Source: Bugula neritina (lineage: Eukaryota > Animalia > Bryozoa). Taken from it: a stretch of DNA of 64,000 nt. Both the position numbers and the translations under genes were made by a program. Below, in pieces: positions 62,101 to 64,000 of the stretch. Location of the stretch: assembly GCA_964035545.1 (NCBI GenBank), contig OZ037767.1:8752581-8816580 (forward strand). The letters are read 5' to 3'. The notes beneath the pieces were generated by a model. It saw nothing but the letters and a program-made list of their open reading frames with translations. It ran no database searches and was not told the DNA's origin. Each line of letters starts with the position of its first letter. The first letter of the stretch is position 1.

Positions 62101-64000
62101 TTTAGCAACATGACTGTGAGATTTTTTTTCAGTGAAAAAAATGATTGATAAAAACTATATCTAGCTAGAACCTTTAACACATACAGCTTTTTTTCTTTAC
62201 GTGCTTAAGTTGCTTGAATCAGCTATAGATGGCTTTCTCTTGTGTTTTTACTGAATTCTAGGCTATAGGTAAGATAACGTACTTGGCAATGAAATTATAC
62301 TATTTTTATTGTTGATGTGTTGTAATAAATTGTCAAATAATATTTATTGTAATAATTTTCTACTATCACGCAAAGCAAATTTTCAACCCTATTTTATAGT
62401 TTTTATAATTCAGCCAACATTATGAATATCTCATAATAATTAATTTGTTATTGTGACTAATTACTGAATTAAATTTATATAATAACATAATATCCATTGT
62501 AATATAAATATTCATATTGATACTCATCAGTTACATAGGTATAACATGTTATTTTGATTGTGTTTTGTTGTTTTGTTTTGTTGTAAAGCATCATTGAAAA
62601 AGTATTTGAGATGTGCATTTTTATTAGATATAAACCAGTGTTGGGCTTATATAGCAAGTTGAATCAAACTGCAATGCGACTGAATATGTGGAAACAAGAA
62701 GCAGTTTCTTGTTTTAAAAAGTTTCTTTACACAAATAACTTTGTATAATCAAACAAAAAAATCATCATTTTAGTAGAATAAGCATAACATTCATAGTGTG
62801 TGTGCTACATGCCCAATTTGTGCTTGAATATTTAATAAAATGCCTATGTTTAAATAGTTTAAATCAGTGTGTTTAGTTATCAAAATTTTATAATTGGAGC
62901 AAACATTTTCAGGTGTATTTAGCGCAATGTGTCAGCTATATAGTAGTATGGTATGTTATAGTAATTGTATTTTGGAGTGTTTTAGCCATACATCTTTAGA
63001 GTGCTGCAAATATTTCACAAATTGACCAAATCATCGAGAAAGAAAAGGCTGGTGCATACAACTGCTTCCACTATGCATTAATTCAAGTTTAATCGTTTTA
63101 CAAACCTGTTCAGATTAAGCAGCTTAAAATAATGCAATTGTAAACTGTGTATAAGTCATGGCTGCAGCTATCGCTGTTCTAAGTACTTTCCTTAAATTGT
63201 TTTATGCCTTTCCTTAGCTATAGTCCACAGCAGTTGTACAAGACAATGTTTCAAAGTACCACTTGGATTAGAGGTTATCTATAGGAATTTTTTTGAGCAT
63301 ATCAAAACCGTTTGATAAAATGTAGGTTCTATGTATATATAAGTGAACTTATATAAATATTCACACTACGTTATTAGCAGTGTAAATGTACTATTCTACT
63401 AACCATTCAGGGTGGTGAAGCAAGGAATGAATAATACACAGATATATTTTAGCTGATGCATGTAAAACTGCTCCATAAGCAAATTACCTAAGAAATGCTT
63501 TCGAGTCCACTGCGTAAAAATTTCTCACTCTATATAGTTTTTAAAACCTACAGAAATCTTGTATGTAAAATGATGGAATTTTTGATTATTGATTTCCATT
63601 TCATAGCATAGTGCATTGCATTTTAAATAACATATGCCATTCCATTCATGATAATTAGGTTAAAGGTCAAGCAGATGTGGTGCACACAAAACTGAGCAAA
63701 AACCTAAGGAATGGGCTTGCAAAACATCTCATTCAGATTGCTATATGTACAGCTTTTAATTAATGATATTTTATTTCTTTTTCAGTCAAACCTTTATATA
63801 GTTAGACTATAATCATTGATTGAATGATTTAGCAATAAAATAAGATTTCATAAAATAAATTCTTCTCTTATTTTAATTACAGAGCAATGATACTGTTTCC
63901 CTCACATTATTCTTATAACATATGGCTAACCTTTTTCAGATTCCGGCTAATACAACTGTATTGGTAAATGCTTTCTACACATCTCACAATCCAAGTGTTT
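56870..64000 (+). CDS. Cytochrome P450 CYP-4, runs off the window; exons 56870-56947, 57387-57585, 57789-57859, 58135-58338, 58444-58668, 59212-59347, 61424-61556, 61653-61767, 63940->64000
   Basis: Same exon sizes as CYP-2 and CYP-3; PGPRGLPFIGN, GGIETS, ENLR. Confidence 0.9.
59017..59116. repeat. (TA)n microsatellite
   Basis: Directly visible. Confidence 0.98.
59500..59582 (-). mobile_element. tRNA-derived SINE-head remnant
   Basis: Minus strand reads ccgtggtgtaatggt...gaggtctcaagttcgaattc (A and B boxes, anticodon arm deleted). Confidence 0.4.

Overview
AT-rich, intron-rich animal (invertebrate-like) genomic DNA. Host genes: the 5' part of a divergent short-type tropomyosin-like gene (minus strand, 1-4165) and a tandem cluster of four clan-2-like cytochrome P450 genes (plus strand). 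Three are complete 10-exon models of 503-507 aa; the fourth runs off the window. Between CYP-1 and CYP-2 lie decayed transposons (Harbinger MITE, RTE LINE, BEL/Pao, Gypsy and Copia fragments), and a Tc1 element sits between CYP-3 and CYP-4. The standout feature is a 13.6 kb Polinton/Maverick-type element (28981-42591; AGTAGT...ACTACT ends, TATATA 6-bp flanks) in intron 4 of CYP-2. Its right part is replaced by a 3,421 bp inverted copy of its left end. That copy truncates the protein-primed PolB, and no integrase, protease or capsid gene is visible, so it resembles a copy-back defective genome and puts a very long hairpin in a host pre-mRNA. Its genes carry spliceosomal introns: the packaging ATPase is split at Walker A, and a 6-exon, 353-aa putative ssDNA-binding protein gene lies in frame with pPolB, separated by one TGA. 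All calls come from reading the sequence by eye; no searches were run.
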